A stretch of DNA of 63,306 bases, the filler included, from Nemertoderma westbladi (lineage: Eukaryota > Animalia > Xenacoelomorpha): NCBI GenBank assembly GCA_032718475.1. It is 3 parts of 3 records of this genome, joined end to end, with 100 filler letters (N's around TTAATTAATTAA, not from the genome) between each part and the next. Parts side by side here need not be neighbours in the genome. Positions count along the whole stretch, not along the records: positions 1 to 15,403 come from JAUCBJ010003344.1; 2 more parts are not named here. The stretch is one strand, 5' to 3'. The translations under genes and the position numbers were made by a program. The notes under the pieces are model-generated. The model did no database searches and had not been told where the DNA came from. It saw nothing but the letters and a program-made list of their open reading frames with translations. Position 1 is the stretch's first letter. Each line of letters begins with the position of its first letter. This document shows, piece by piece, positions 1-10,400 of the stretch.

Positions 1-95
1 CAGGTGAGCTTACAGTTGGACCCCTACCAGATGAGCTTACAGTTGGACCCCTACCAGATGAGCTTACAGTTGGACCCACTACCAGGTGAGCTTAC
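1..95 (+). repeat. 27-bp tandem repeat made of an exon 3' end plus 5' splice site (window starts inside the array)
   Basis: Unit GTGAGCTTAC-AGTTGGACCCCTACCAG; CAG|GTGAG at 1-8 and 83-90, two middle copies have CAG|ATGAG; last copy (28 bp) reads AGT TGG ACC CAC TAC CAG = SWTHYQ. Confidence 0.9.
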
Positions 96-129
96 AAACA
101 TTACATTAGTATTATCTATATTATTTCAG

Positions 130-354
130 GCAAAACGAGCGGTTAAGGAATTGGCCCCCCTGGATATTTACATAGAGGAACCGTGCGGTAGTTACGCAGA
201 GAATCTACAAGTCCGGAGGATAACGGAACTTCCATTCATCCTGGATGAAAGCATAACCGACGTCAATGCTGTCCTCAAGGCTATCAAGGACGATGCCTGT
301 GATGTTATTGCGCTAAAGATAGGAAGACTAGGAGGAATTAGCAACTCAAGAAAG
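130..354 (+). CDS. Enolase-superfamily (MR/MLE) enzyme, HpbD / cis-3-hydroxy-L-proline dehydratase-like, penultimate exon
   Basis: tttcag acceptor at 128-129, AAG|gtaaag donor at 355; AKRAVKELAPLDIYIEEPC...LPFILDESI...DVIALKIGRLGGISNSRK carries the EEP and DES metal ligands and the LKI..GG motif. Confidence 0.85.
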
Positions 355-597
355 GTAAAGGAAACTAAGAAGGTATTAGTACATCTTTTTCAACTGAGCT
401 CAATGACTAAGTCTACACTCGAGTCACCATCAGCCAGATACATAATATATTTTTAAACGGATTTATTTAAAGTTACGATATACATTTTTTACAGGTATTT
501 CAATCAAGAAACACTCTAGTTATATTTTTGCTAATTAGGATGTCCTGAACTTATTTGCCAATCGATGTTACATTATTTACTAACTCCGATCTTTTAG

Positions 598-894
598 GTA
601 CGCGATCTGTGCGAAGCCGCGGGAATCGCAATAAAGATTGAGGAGAATGGCGGGTCTAATGTCGCTACGGCGACGGCACTAGCGGTAATGCAGTCCTCAC
701 GAACCAACAGCCAGCTCGGACTGTTCGACTTCGAACACATGCTGACCCGACGGACCGCGTTGGAGGGGGCTGCATGCGTCGACGGGTGTCTGTCTGGCAC
801 TGGGGGCCCCGGGTTCGGTGTCACCATAGACCAAACGTTACTAAGCAACCCCAGCCTACAGCTAACAATAGGCCGTCAAACGAGTAGTTTCTAA
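598..894 (+). CDS. Enolase-superfamily (MR/MLE) enzyme, last exon
   Basis: TACTAAC branch point 578-584, ttttag acceptor 596-597, phase 0; VRDLCEAAGIAIKIEENGGSNVAT...GPGFGVTID...stop, typical C-terminus of the family. Confidence 0.85.
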   Translation, partial: VRDLCEAAGIAIKIEENGGSNVATATALAVMQSSRTNSQLGLFDFEHMLTRRTALEGAACVDGCLSGTGGPGFGVTIDQTLLSNPSLQLTIGRQTSSF

Positions 895-1467
895 TATATA
901 GATAAACATTTCACTATACTGATTGAATATATAGACGAATAAACTGTAAATGTGAAAATGGGCGATAGAGAAGAGATGTATTCTTGTTTTAGTCTAACTA
1001 TTAATTGTTGATATGTGTTAGACCGTTGGGTATTCGCTGTTGTTAGGTAACAATAAATAACTGGATTACTATCTTTGCTGACCGACATTGCCTTTAAGTT
1101 TCATGGGATCAGACCGTTGCGTAGCGCTAGAAGACTTTATATTGTGACTGGCATTAAGGTATCCAGACATACGTAACTAGATTAAATAATAAATTGTTAA
1201 ATCCCCCTATCGGTGGGTGAACGGGACGCACCAGTTACTAAAATATAACGGGCTCGAACCCGATACCTTCCTGATGGTGAGGACGTGAGTTCCCACTCTA
1301 TATGAGCAGATTGGTACTTCTTGATAAAGGAACCTGCTTTAGGTTGGAAATATTCAAATGACAATTAGTGACATACCGGCACTTAATGTTAACATATTTA
1401 CCTAAAATAATTTTAATTAATAATAAAACTACCGGTATCTTAAAATTCCCGATATACATTTTGGTTA

Positions 1468-1682
1468 TTACAGTAAGGTTATGGTTAACACGTTAATTAT
1501 CAAGCTAACGTTTACAGTGGGCGGTGTGAATGAGTCACTAACGGTAGGAGTTTCCAACGCTGCTTCCTTGTAGTTCCGGGGTAGCGGACTCGAAGGGGCC
1601 GATATCTGCATTCCTTCCACGCAACCCGGCCGCTGCGGTGGCGGGGATAGTTCAGAGAGAAAGAAACCCCGAGGTTGGGGAG
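1468..1682 (-). CDS. Predicted exon 3 of Ser/Pro-rich orphan gene (3' boundary uncertain; may splice out near 1505-1515)
   Basis: ttgcag acceptor at 1684-1683, phase 1 matching exon 2; GC-rich open frame (A)PQPRGFFLSELSPPPQRPGCVEG...TPPTVN. Confidence 0.55.
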
Positions 1683-1899
1683 CTGCAATTAAATAAATTA
1701 TATAACTGGTGTCTAGATTGGATAATCTAACAGGGTGGGCCAAGTTTTTTTCAATAATGAAAATATGTGGGACTTTGTGTACTTTGCTCACAATGGTGTT
1801 AATTGTTTCTAAGGGACATAGGAACTACAGTGTACATGGAATTTGGTTTTTTATATTCCAAACAACATTAGGTGTAATAACCCCTTTAATCTAGTTCCG

Positions 1900-2105
1900 T
1901 TTAAGGTTTTGGTTAGAAAACAACGCCACTATAGCCTGTTCCTTTCCCTAAATTACGAAATCTAGTTTAGCCTATTGTTTGGCGCTCCTTACCCTTAATT
2001 CAATTAGTTTAGTTTACTGTTTTGGTTAGAAAACACCGCCATTGATACCCCTCCCTTTCTATAACTCGCAAAGTCTTGTTTCCTATATTGCTTTGGTTAG
2101 TAAAT
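1900..2105 (-). repeat. Degenerate inverted copy of the 68-bp satellite
   Basis: gttttggttagaaaa...cctttc units are the reverse complement of the 5490-5896 unit. Confidence 0.7.
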
Positions 2106-2727
2106 ACCTCTACTGAAATCTACTTTATTAACTAAATAAAATTAAATAATTGCTAAATAGGCCTATTGCTCATAAAAGCGGAAGTCTACATTGAGATAGG
2201 AAATTAAAAACGAATGGATTTAGAAGTCAAGGAGAATCACCAATTAATTTTGCTTTTATTACTACAATTTAGGAACTAATAAATACAGTAGTGGTATTCA
2301 ACTCCAAGCTTTATAGGCGAGATCTGCAACATTAAATCGCATAATGCAATTGAGTAAGTCAGTAAAAAGCTCGCTAGTAAAAATGTTAATCAGTCTACAA
2401 TTACAATCAATATGTAGAATGTTTCTGTAGTCAACTAATAAGTTCTACCTGTTAGATACAAAACAGGCAGACAGGGTTATTAGGTCATTGGTCGATACGA
2501 TATAGCCACAAAATGTCGTGTGTACTCTCTGGGGATTGGGAATTTGGATAATGGAATTGGGTATTACAAATTTCATATAATAAAAGTTGCGTCCAGTAAC
2601 TCAACTCTGTACAAAGACGTATACGGTACTCTAAACACACGGATAATGAATGGTATTTGAGGTAATTTAGGACCATTGATTCCCGCTGGAGTCCCTCCAC
2701 CCGTTTGGTTACCTACTTTGTACTAAC

Positions 2728-2885
2728 CTTGTGAACTTGGTGGGGTCTGCAGTTGTAGTTCTCCTAAACTCTCGGCAACCCCGAAGGACAGCGGCGAGGG
2801 AAGATCGAATTGTGTTGGAATCCGGTCGTCCGGAGGGGAGAGGCGGAAGAAACATTGCGAATCTACGTCACAACTCGAAACCGAC
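2728..2885 (-). CDS. Predicted exon 2 of Ser/Pro-rich orphan gene
   Basis: ttttag acceptor at 2887-2886, G|gttagt donor at 2727; GC-rich open frame SVSSCDVDSQCFFRLSPPDDRIPTQFDLPSPLSF...TPPSSQ; starts phase 2, ends phase 1. Confidence 0.6.
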
Positions 2886-2964
2886 CTAAAACAATAACAT
2901 CGTGTAAAATAGACTGCATAGCTGGATATAACGTGTAATAGACAGTAAGTAGACAGTAGAAGTG

Positions 2965-3920
2965 AAACTATAATAGATATAAACTTGGGGTTTCTCAACT
3001 CAACTATAAGGTTCACAGCAGAGCCGATTGAGGTTAAATAGAAAATACAGTTACCTTGGCAACCGGGCTAAACAGATGTTAAAATTTATAAAATGTCAAT
3101 TTGAAGCCTAAGGTTAAGGCGTTATGACTTGGGACCAATCCCTACCCCCACTATATAACTTATTCTGCGTCCGAATTTGATTGTTATATTTTGCAGTTAC
3201 CATGACAACCGCTGAAAACATATGTTTTTATACAAAAATTACTCATTTGGACATAGACTTCGCGATAAAACTTTACAAAACTGGGTATGTGTTATCTGGA
3301 CCACTAGTTGGAACTTTTAGTGAAACTCAAATCATTCCAGAAATATATAGTTACCATGGTAACTGTAGTTTATTAAAGTCTATATCAATCAAGTCTATAT
3401 TCATAACTCTATTTGTAGCAAAACTGTAATATATATAAACTTGGGGTTTTGCAGCTCATCTATAACTGTATAAGGTTCTCGTCTAAGCCATTCGATGTTA
3501 ATTAAAATTCCAGTTACTCTAGCAACAAGACTAAACACATGATAAAATTTATAAAATGATAATTTGAAGCACAAGTTAATAGTATTATGACTTGGGACCA
3601 ACACCTACCCCCATTATATGACTTATTCTGCATCCGAATTTCATTGTTCTATTTTTCAGTTTCCATGACAACCACCGCAAACAGATGCATTTTGACAGAA
3701 AATCGGTAATTTGGACATAAACTACAATATTTTCTAAAACTCAGTATATGTGTTATCTGAACCACAATCTGGACTGGATCTTTTTTCAAAGGTTAAACCA
3801 ACAGTTCCAGAGAATTCTAGTTTCCATGGGAATATAAGTTAATTATTGGCAAATGCTACAAAACTAGGCTAAGCAACGAACCAACGTTTGTTTAATTTTC
3901 CTTAGCTTCGTGGTTGCACA
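2965..3920 (+). mobile_element. Non-autonomous DNA element, internally tandem-duplicated (about 455-bp period)
   Basis: 2965-3420 and 3420-3900 align with each other and with 49280-49829; ends in TTCCTTAGCTTCGTGGTT as at 49809-49827. Confidence 0.75.
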
Positions 3921-4199
3921 AATTTACAAGTAGCCTAAATTTTAACACTAGGCTTCGCTATTACCTGTAATCAAAATGACTGATATAATATGGGAGTTGA
4001 GTCTATAAGTGTCGCTTGAGTGCAAATATGTTGCCATGCCACACGCTGCACGCTTGGAACAAGGTTCCCGAACTCAATTTAAATAAAAATGATGTTGATC
4101 ACACAATATTTGACACTTATTTGGTTTTTTTAAGCTGAGGGGCCGATTTGAATAGGCTTATTGAAAATTTCTTGGGCCAACGGCGCCGCCACCCTGACC

Positions 4200-4830
4200 T
4201 GACCCTACACTGTTCTCTAAAATACTGTAGGCCTACCGGTAATACTGTAATAGAGATATACCGGCAACCGGTAATGCTGGAATGTCATCGCCCGGGGGAG
4301 GGGAAGTTTAGTTTCGTTGTAGCAGCGGAAAGTTGCCAGGCAGACAGGTGCCAGGTAAAGGCGGTACCGTCTGCGTCTGACCGTACTGTAGTACTGTCAG
4401 GCCTACTTGAATATAAATGAATATTGAATACTCACGTAATTTCATTCGCATCGATATTATTGTGGGGATTCGTCATTACATCAATCGGTATCCAGCAATC
4501 CAGGTATCTGAGCGTTTGGATAGCTGTAGTCTCTGAGTCTGAGACGATTGGCAGAACCAAGCAAGCAAGCTGTCAACTGCTGAACTGGTCAGTGGACAAG
4601 AATGGATTCAACACACCAGACAGCCAGAAGGCTAGTACAGTTCAGCGGTTCTGCAGTTAGTACCGTCTGACACCAGACACTGACTGTAGTACAGTACAGC
4701 AGTAGTAGCCTGGCTGCCTGGTACAGTATCAGTATATAGGCTGATAGGCCTACCAACCAGCCAACTACTGAACTAGGTCATAGGTCTGTCAGTCTGTCTG
4801 TCTGTAGGTACTACTAGGATCGGCATGCTG
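4200..4830. promoter_or_regulatory. Promoter-like island of ACTG/CAGT/TAGGCCTA/ACCGGT words
   Basis: Same composition as the regions upstream of UBE2W and TOP3A; surrounds the predicted first exon at 4436-4476. Confidence 0.5.
4436..4476 (-). CDS. Predicted first coding exon of Ser/Pro-rich orphan gene
   Basis: ATG at 4476, MTNPHNNIDANEI + AC|gtgagt donor; phase 2 matches exon 2; lies in a promoter-like low-complexity island. Confidence 0.55.
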
Positions 4831-5015
4831 CATTGCAGCTGCATTTTTAGGAATGCTGTGCCGGCTTATCGACAAAATTGCACCGCCACAACTCCCTATC
4901 ACCCATGACATTTACTAGATCATCCGCATCTTCAAGTCCAGTGTCCTTTAAGATGCGTCTCAAGAAAGTCATGGGCTGTCCACCATGCTGCCATGCTTAT
5001 TCACTCCATGACACT
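4809..5015 (-). mobile_element. RTE LINE 3' fragment
   Basis: Reverse complement of 32225-32350 including the (TAG)n tail. Confidence 0.8.
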
Positions 5016-5489
5016 CCATGTACCTGTGTACAGATGTAGGTACCGTCTGTCAGACTGTAGTGGTCAGAAAATACCTTAGTAATCAGCTGATCAGTTATGC
5101 ATTTCCAATAGGCAGTGATTTTTATGTCCTTTTATTTGACTTTTTTTTGTCCTCATTTTTTTACGAATTGTGCATAATGACTTTTGTTGTCCCTTTAATG
5201 ACTTTTGTTGTCATTTTAATGACTTTTTATGTATGTATTTCTTCAAACTGTCAGACTGCTGATTTCTGGTCTGTCAGACAGTTGATTTCAACATGCCTAT
5301 GCCAAAACATTTAAAAATTGTTGATTTCTGGTCTGTCGGACAGTTGGTTTCACTATGCCTGTGCCAAAACATTCCATGATTCAATGATTTATAGACTATG
5401 AGATAGATTTCCATATGCGCCTGTGGTAAAAGACTCTAAATTTAATAGTTTGTGGTTGTTGTCGATAATCGATTACCACATGACGTAGC

Positions 5490-5896
5490 AAAACACCCAT
5501 TTTATAGCCAAAAACAATTACCAATTGATGGAAAGGAGCAGGTTAAGGCCGGATTTTCTAACCAAAACAATAAACAGTCACTTTACCAAATGAAGGAAAG
5601 GAGCAGGTTACAGAGGCGGGCCTTTCTAACCAAAACAATAAACGATCATTTAACTAATTGAGGGAAAGGAGCGGGTTAGAGAGGCGGGATTTTCTAACCA
5701 AAACAATAAACAGTCACTTTACCAAATCAGGGAAAGGAGCAGGTTACAGAGACGGGATTTTCTAACCAAAACAAAAAACGAAAACATATTACCAATTGAG
5801 AGAAAGGAGCCGGTTACAGAGGCGGGATTTTCTAACCAAAACAATAAACAGTCACTTTACCAAATCAGGGAAAGGAGCAGGTTACAGAGACGGGAT
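5490..5896 (+). repeat. 68-bp tandem satellite, about 6 copies
   Basis: TAACCAAAAC recurs at 5559, 5627, 5695, 5763, 5833. Confidence 0.9.
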
Positions 5897-5986
5897 GTGA
5901 GAAAAAAATTAGTTTAGTGAGAAAAAAATAAATATTGATCAAAAAAAATATTTTTGTGAAAAAAAAAATATTTATAGAGAAAATAT

Positions 5987-7058
5987 GGATGTAGGACAAT
6001 TCGGTCCCGGACAATTCGGTCCGGACAATTCGGTCCCGGACAATTCGGTCCCGGACAATTCGGTCCCAAAACACTAAATAAATGGGACCGAATTGTCCGG
6101 GACCGAATTGTCCGGGACCGAATTGTCCTAGGACCGAATTGTCCTAGGACCGAATTGTCCTAGGTCCGAATTGTCCGGGACCGAATTGTCCGGTTCCTGA
6201 TAGCAACTTTTTAGTGCTTTTTTGATATTGGTGAATGTTCTAGAACATTAGTAGAGATATTTGTTATGGTAGCTAGTGTTATTTACTTGCTAGAATTTTT
6301 TGAAATTTTAAAAATACTGTATTTTTTTTTATTTTTGTCATTGGTAGTGTTCGAGAACATTATTATATATTATTTATTAAGGTGTAGCTAGTGTTTTTTT
6401 TACTAGCTAGCATTTCCTTGAAATTATAAAAATACCTGTGAAAACATTGATATTTCAGAATTAGGCCTAAACTGTTGCTGATTATATTAATTACCAAAAA
6501 TATTGATGATATTATAACAGTCCCTGAATGAGATCCAGCTATTATCTAGGATAATAATTTAGGCTTGTTAACCAACCAACAACACATACAGTATACTTAC
6601 GCAATATATCAATCAATCAGCTTTAAACATTTTAAATACATAGTATTACTAGCTAGTAAATAATTCACAAGCTCCATAAAAACACCATAGCTACCATAAA
6701 TAATAATGTTAACAAAAAAGTAATTTTTTTTTATTTAAAAAAAAAATACTAGCTAGCAAAAAAAACACTAGCTACCATATAATAATATATATTAAGGTTC
6801 TAGAACATTCACCATTATATAGTACCAATTAAATTTGGTCCCGGACAATTCGGTCCCGGACAATGCGGTCCCATTAATATGCATGTTTTGGGACCGAATT
6901 GCCCTAGTCAGTATCCGGACAATTCGGTCCCGGACAATTCGGTCCCGGACAATTCGGTCCCAAAACATAAAATTAATGGGACCGAATTGTCCGGGACCGA
7001 ATTGTCCGGGACCGAATTGTCCGGACCGAATTGTCCGGGACCGAATTGTCCTGCTTCC
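5987..7058. mobile_element. Foldback-type MITE with GGACAATTCGGTCCC repeat arrays (MULE/Rehavkus-like)
   Basis: TIR GGA(T/A)G(T/C)AGGACAATTCGGTCCCGG; exact 8-bp TSD GAAAATAT at 5979-5986 and 7059-7066; second copy at 50832-51797. Confidence 0.92.
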
Positions 7059-7998
7059 GAAAATATATACGGGTAGTAGTGAGGAAAAAAAGAAATATTG
7101 GTGACAAAAATAAATATTGGTGACAAAAATAAATATTGGTCAGAAAAAAATATATTGGTGAACTTATGAAAAAATACTGATAGGAAGATATTGAAGATAT
7201 ATAAGAAGATATAGAAGATATTGATCTATTGACGTGTTTACAAAATTCGACTTTGCAAAACTGTTATTATGAGTAAAACATAATGGGTCATTTTGACCCA
7301 AACGGCCCTTGGCGTTGCCTTAATAATAAAAGTCAAATTAAAAATAACTTGCTAGTAACAAAAAATCATTGCTATACATAATTTTATTTCGACATTCTAT
7401 TACTTTAATGAATACTATACACCAATGAATACTTCTAGATACTGATACTGTAGCATGTAATGCTTGTTGGTATATAGTTTTGCCAAAATAAGGATCATAA
7501 GCAAGTGGATCAATGTCAGCTAGGTTTTCCATCACATTGCTAGATGGATTATAATCTATGGAAGGAACTAGGTATAATACCATCACTCAAGTCCTCACCT
7601 CAGTTCCCATGTCTTCCTGCATATTAATCTCGTCAGCAATTCCATAGGAGTCCTCGTTGATATCTTCAACACTACTTGTGCTATTAAGTAAGCGACTCTG
7701 AGTCCATAGCTGAATAGGCGATTTGTTGTGGCAAGTACTTAAGCCATGGTGGTTTAGTTCGGATTTTAGCTGGTTAAGAAAAAAAAAGTGAAATGCAAGG
7801 CAAAACAACAACGATCATCATTAATGTCCAGTATATCTCTCTGTTCAAGATCCTCAAAGATGGACCTGTATAATCTAGAAACAACACAATAACTTCCGAC
7901 CACAATCGCTCTATTCTTTGATTGTGCACACTCTTGCCGGCAATGAAACTACCGCGACCAAGCCCTTTATATGTCAAAAAATACCTTGCAATATCATA

Positions 7999-8243
7999 TT
8001 GACATATTGACTGCACTAAAACTAACACAGGCCTATGTAAGGTCTACTAACTCAGTCCTTAGTTTTAGTGCAGTTTCTCTGTTCATACGTAATAATTCCA
8101 TAATTACCTGAAGAAGCCCTGTTGGGAGAAAGCTTGTAATAACTGTTGTTATTCATTTCACTAGTCACCTGAGGTCAACCCACCCTACCCGAACTGTGTC
8201 AATATGATTACCACGGTGACGAGAGCGCGAGAATTCCTCTAAG
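7999..8243 (+). mobile_element. 245-bp insertion, probably Penelope-derived
   Basis: Flanked by 17-bp direct repeat TACCTTGCAATATCATA (7982-7998, 8244-8260) that duplicates transposase codons YDIARY; contains a hammerhead-like motif. Confidence 0.7.
8101..8140 (+). ncRNA. Minimal type I hammerhead ribozyme-like motif (degenerate)
   Basis: ATTAC-CTGAAGA-A-GCCC tgtt GGGA-GAAA-GCT-T-GTAAT: core boxes, stem I ATTAC/GTAAT, stem II CCC/GGG, palindromic AGCT in place of stem III; G10.1-C11.1 pair is broken. Confidence 0.6.
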
Positions 8244-8589
8244 TACCTTGCAATATCATAATTTTCCACACCCATATCACCTCTTACTCTATCAGGGATT
8301 CCGTATTTTTCAACCGCTTGTTTAAAATTATTTAATGCAGTTGATGTTTTATTAATTCCCCGGAATTACAAACCAACAACTAAGCGACTTTACCCGTGAA
8401 TTACACAATGGACAACAAAGCGCCACCTTATTAGTTTGTGATTAGTGTCAACATGCCACAAATGATTTGCAGCTTTGACCAGTAAGTGCGCCGCTTAATT
8501 GCACTGTGCTTTCTGACAGACCGTCCAATAGGATCCAACAAATTAAATATTTCACGAATGCGCCACCTTTGTACATGAATGGACTTGTG

Positions 8590-10400
8590 GTTGAGAAAGC
8601 TAAGGACGATCTTAAATTGGCCTATAACATCAGCCAGGAAAAGTACATACAGGATAAAACTGAAGCAATTACAACTGCTCACATACAGCAACAATCAAGA
8701 CTTACCTGGCAAACTGTAAATGAGGTATCTGGTCGGAAAAGTTGTGCAAAGGGGCGCCTCAAAGCCGATAGTCCTGAAGAACGTGTTGGGAAGTGGAAAA
8801 ATCACTTCAGCAACTTGCTTGGGCAGCCACCAAACATCGAGGTCAGCCCTACAAGGAAAATATATGACAAGACACTACCTATAGAAACAGGGGACTTCAC
8901 ACCTGCCGAACTCCAAAGAAGCATTAAAAGCATGTCCAATAATAAAGCGAGTGGATTAGATGAAATCCCAGCGGAGGTATGGAAAACCGGAGTGCTAAAC
9001 TGACCATTATTGAATGTTTGCAACCGGATGTTAAAATGGGAAAAGCCACCACCAATTTGGACTAAAGGTCAACTAAAGCCTCTCCCCAAGAAAGGAGACC
9101 TCGGCATACCAACAAACTATCGTGGGATCTGTCTGCTTGTAGTAGCTGCCAAAATATACAATAAAATGATTCTATATAGGATTAGGCCTCACATAGAGAA
9201 ACTACTGCGTAAGAGCCAAAACGGATTTCGACCAAGTAGATCAACAATAGCTCAGATACTTGCACCACGGAGACTGATTGAAGGAATTAGGTCAAAGAAT
9301 CTCCCCGCTGTCATGACATTTGTGGACTTCAAGAAGGCATTCGACTCCATCCATAGAGGTAAAATGCTTGAAATCCTAAGAGCTTATGGAATACCAGAAG
9401 TAATTGTTGCTGGCATTGGATTGTTATATTGTGACACAGAAGCGCAGGTACTCTCACCAGATGGTGAAACTGAGTTTTTCTCAATCCTGGCTGGCGTACT
9501 GCAAGGTGACACATTTGCACCATTACTATTTGTAATTGTGCTGGATTACGCAATGAGGACGGCCACAAAGGGTGAAGACCTGGGATTCACACTTCAAGAA
9601 CGCAGAAGTAGTAGACATCCGGCAACTACAGTCACAGACACCGACTTTGCGGATGACATCGCCCTGCTCTCTAATACCCTAGCAGATGCACAGCTTCTAC
9701 TAAATAAAGTGGAGATGGCTGCTAAGGAGGTTGGATTGCATATAAATGCTACAAAGACCGAATTCATGACCTTTAATGTTGATGGAAACTTGACAACCAT
9801 TGATAATAATCAACTAAGGAAGGTCGATGACTTCCAGTACCTTGGATCATGGATAGAGAGTAGCAAAAAGGACTTAGAATTTAGGAAAGCAAAGGCTTGG
9901 GTAGCTCTATCAAAAATGGATACCATCTGGAAATCAGATCTCCCCAGGCACCTGAAGACTAAGTTCTTTCGAGCCACAGTGGAAAGTGTATTTTTATACG
10001 GGGGTGAGACCTGGACACTGACTAAATCACTTGAACAACGAATTGATGGTTGCTACACAAGACTACTAAGGGCAGCCCTAAACATCAGCTGGAGACAACA
10101 CATGACAAACGCCGAGCTTTATGGTACAATACCACCTGTATCAACCACCCTCCGTGAACGCAGATTAAGATTCAGTGGGCACTGCTGGCGTTGTAAAGAC
10201 GAGGTCATACCAGATCTACTTTTCTGGCAACCAACTCTTGGAAAGCGTAGTCGTGGACGACCGGCCATAACATATAGATCAACTTGAAAGGGATACTGAA
10301 CTTGGGAGAAACGAAATTGCGACAACTATGGAGAATTGGGAAGCCTGGAAGGATCTCATTTCCACTGTCCGAGTTCACTCGACCTAGTAGTAGTAGTAGT
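8590..10400 (+). mobile_element. 5'-truncated RTE-clade LINE, reverse transcriptase with one in-frame stop
   Basis: ORFs 8506-9003 and 9010-10287 in one frame split by TGA 9001-9003; KASGLDEIPAE, NYRGI, QNGFR, FVDFKKAFDS, GVLQGD, FADD, YLGS, RLRFSGH, RGRP; (TAG)n tail 10385-10400. Confidence 0.95.

Noticed and set aside
130-894. Bacterial contamination as source of the enolase-family gene
   Set aside because: Canonical GT-AG introns with a TACTAAC branch point, and host repeats on the same contig
1225-1310. tRNA-like B box (GGGTTCGAGCCC, minus strand); similar degenerate motif at 12310-12365
   Set aside because: No cloverleaf can be built; at most tRNA-derived SINE remnants
2575-2727. Open frame continuing after a possible 15-nt intron in the orphan gene
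   Set aside because: Intron too short for normal splicing; the exon at 1682 gives a phase-compatible alternative
5987-7058. CRISPR-like regular repeats
   Set aside because: No unique spacers, inverted arrangement, TSDs present, eukaryotic context, no cas genes
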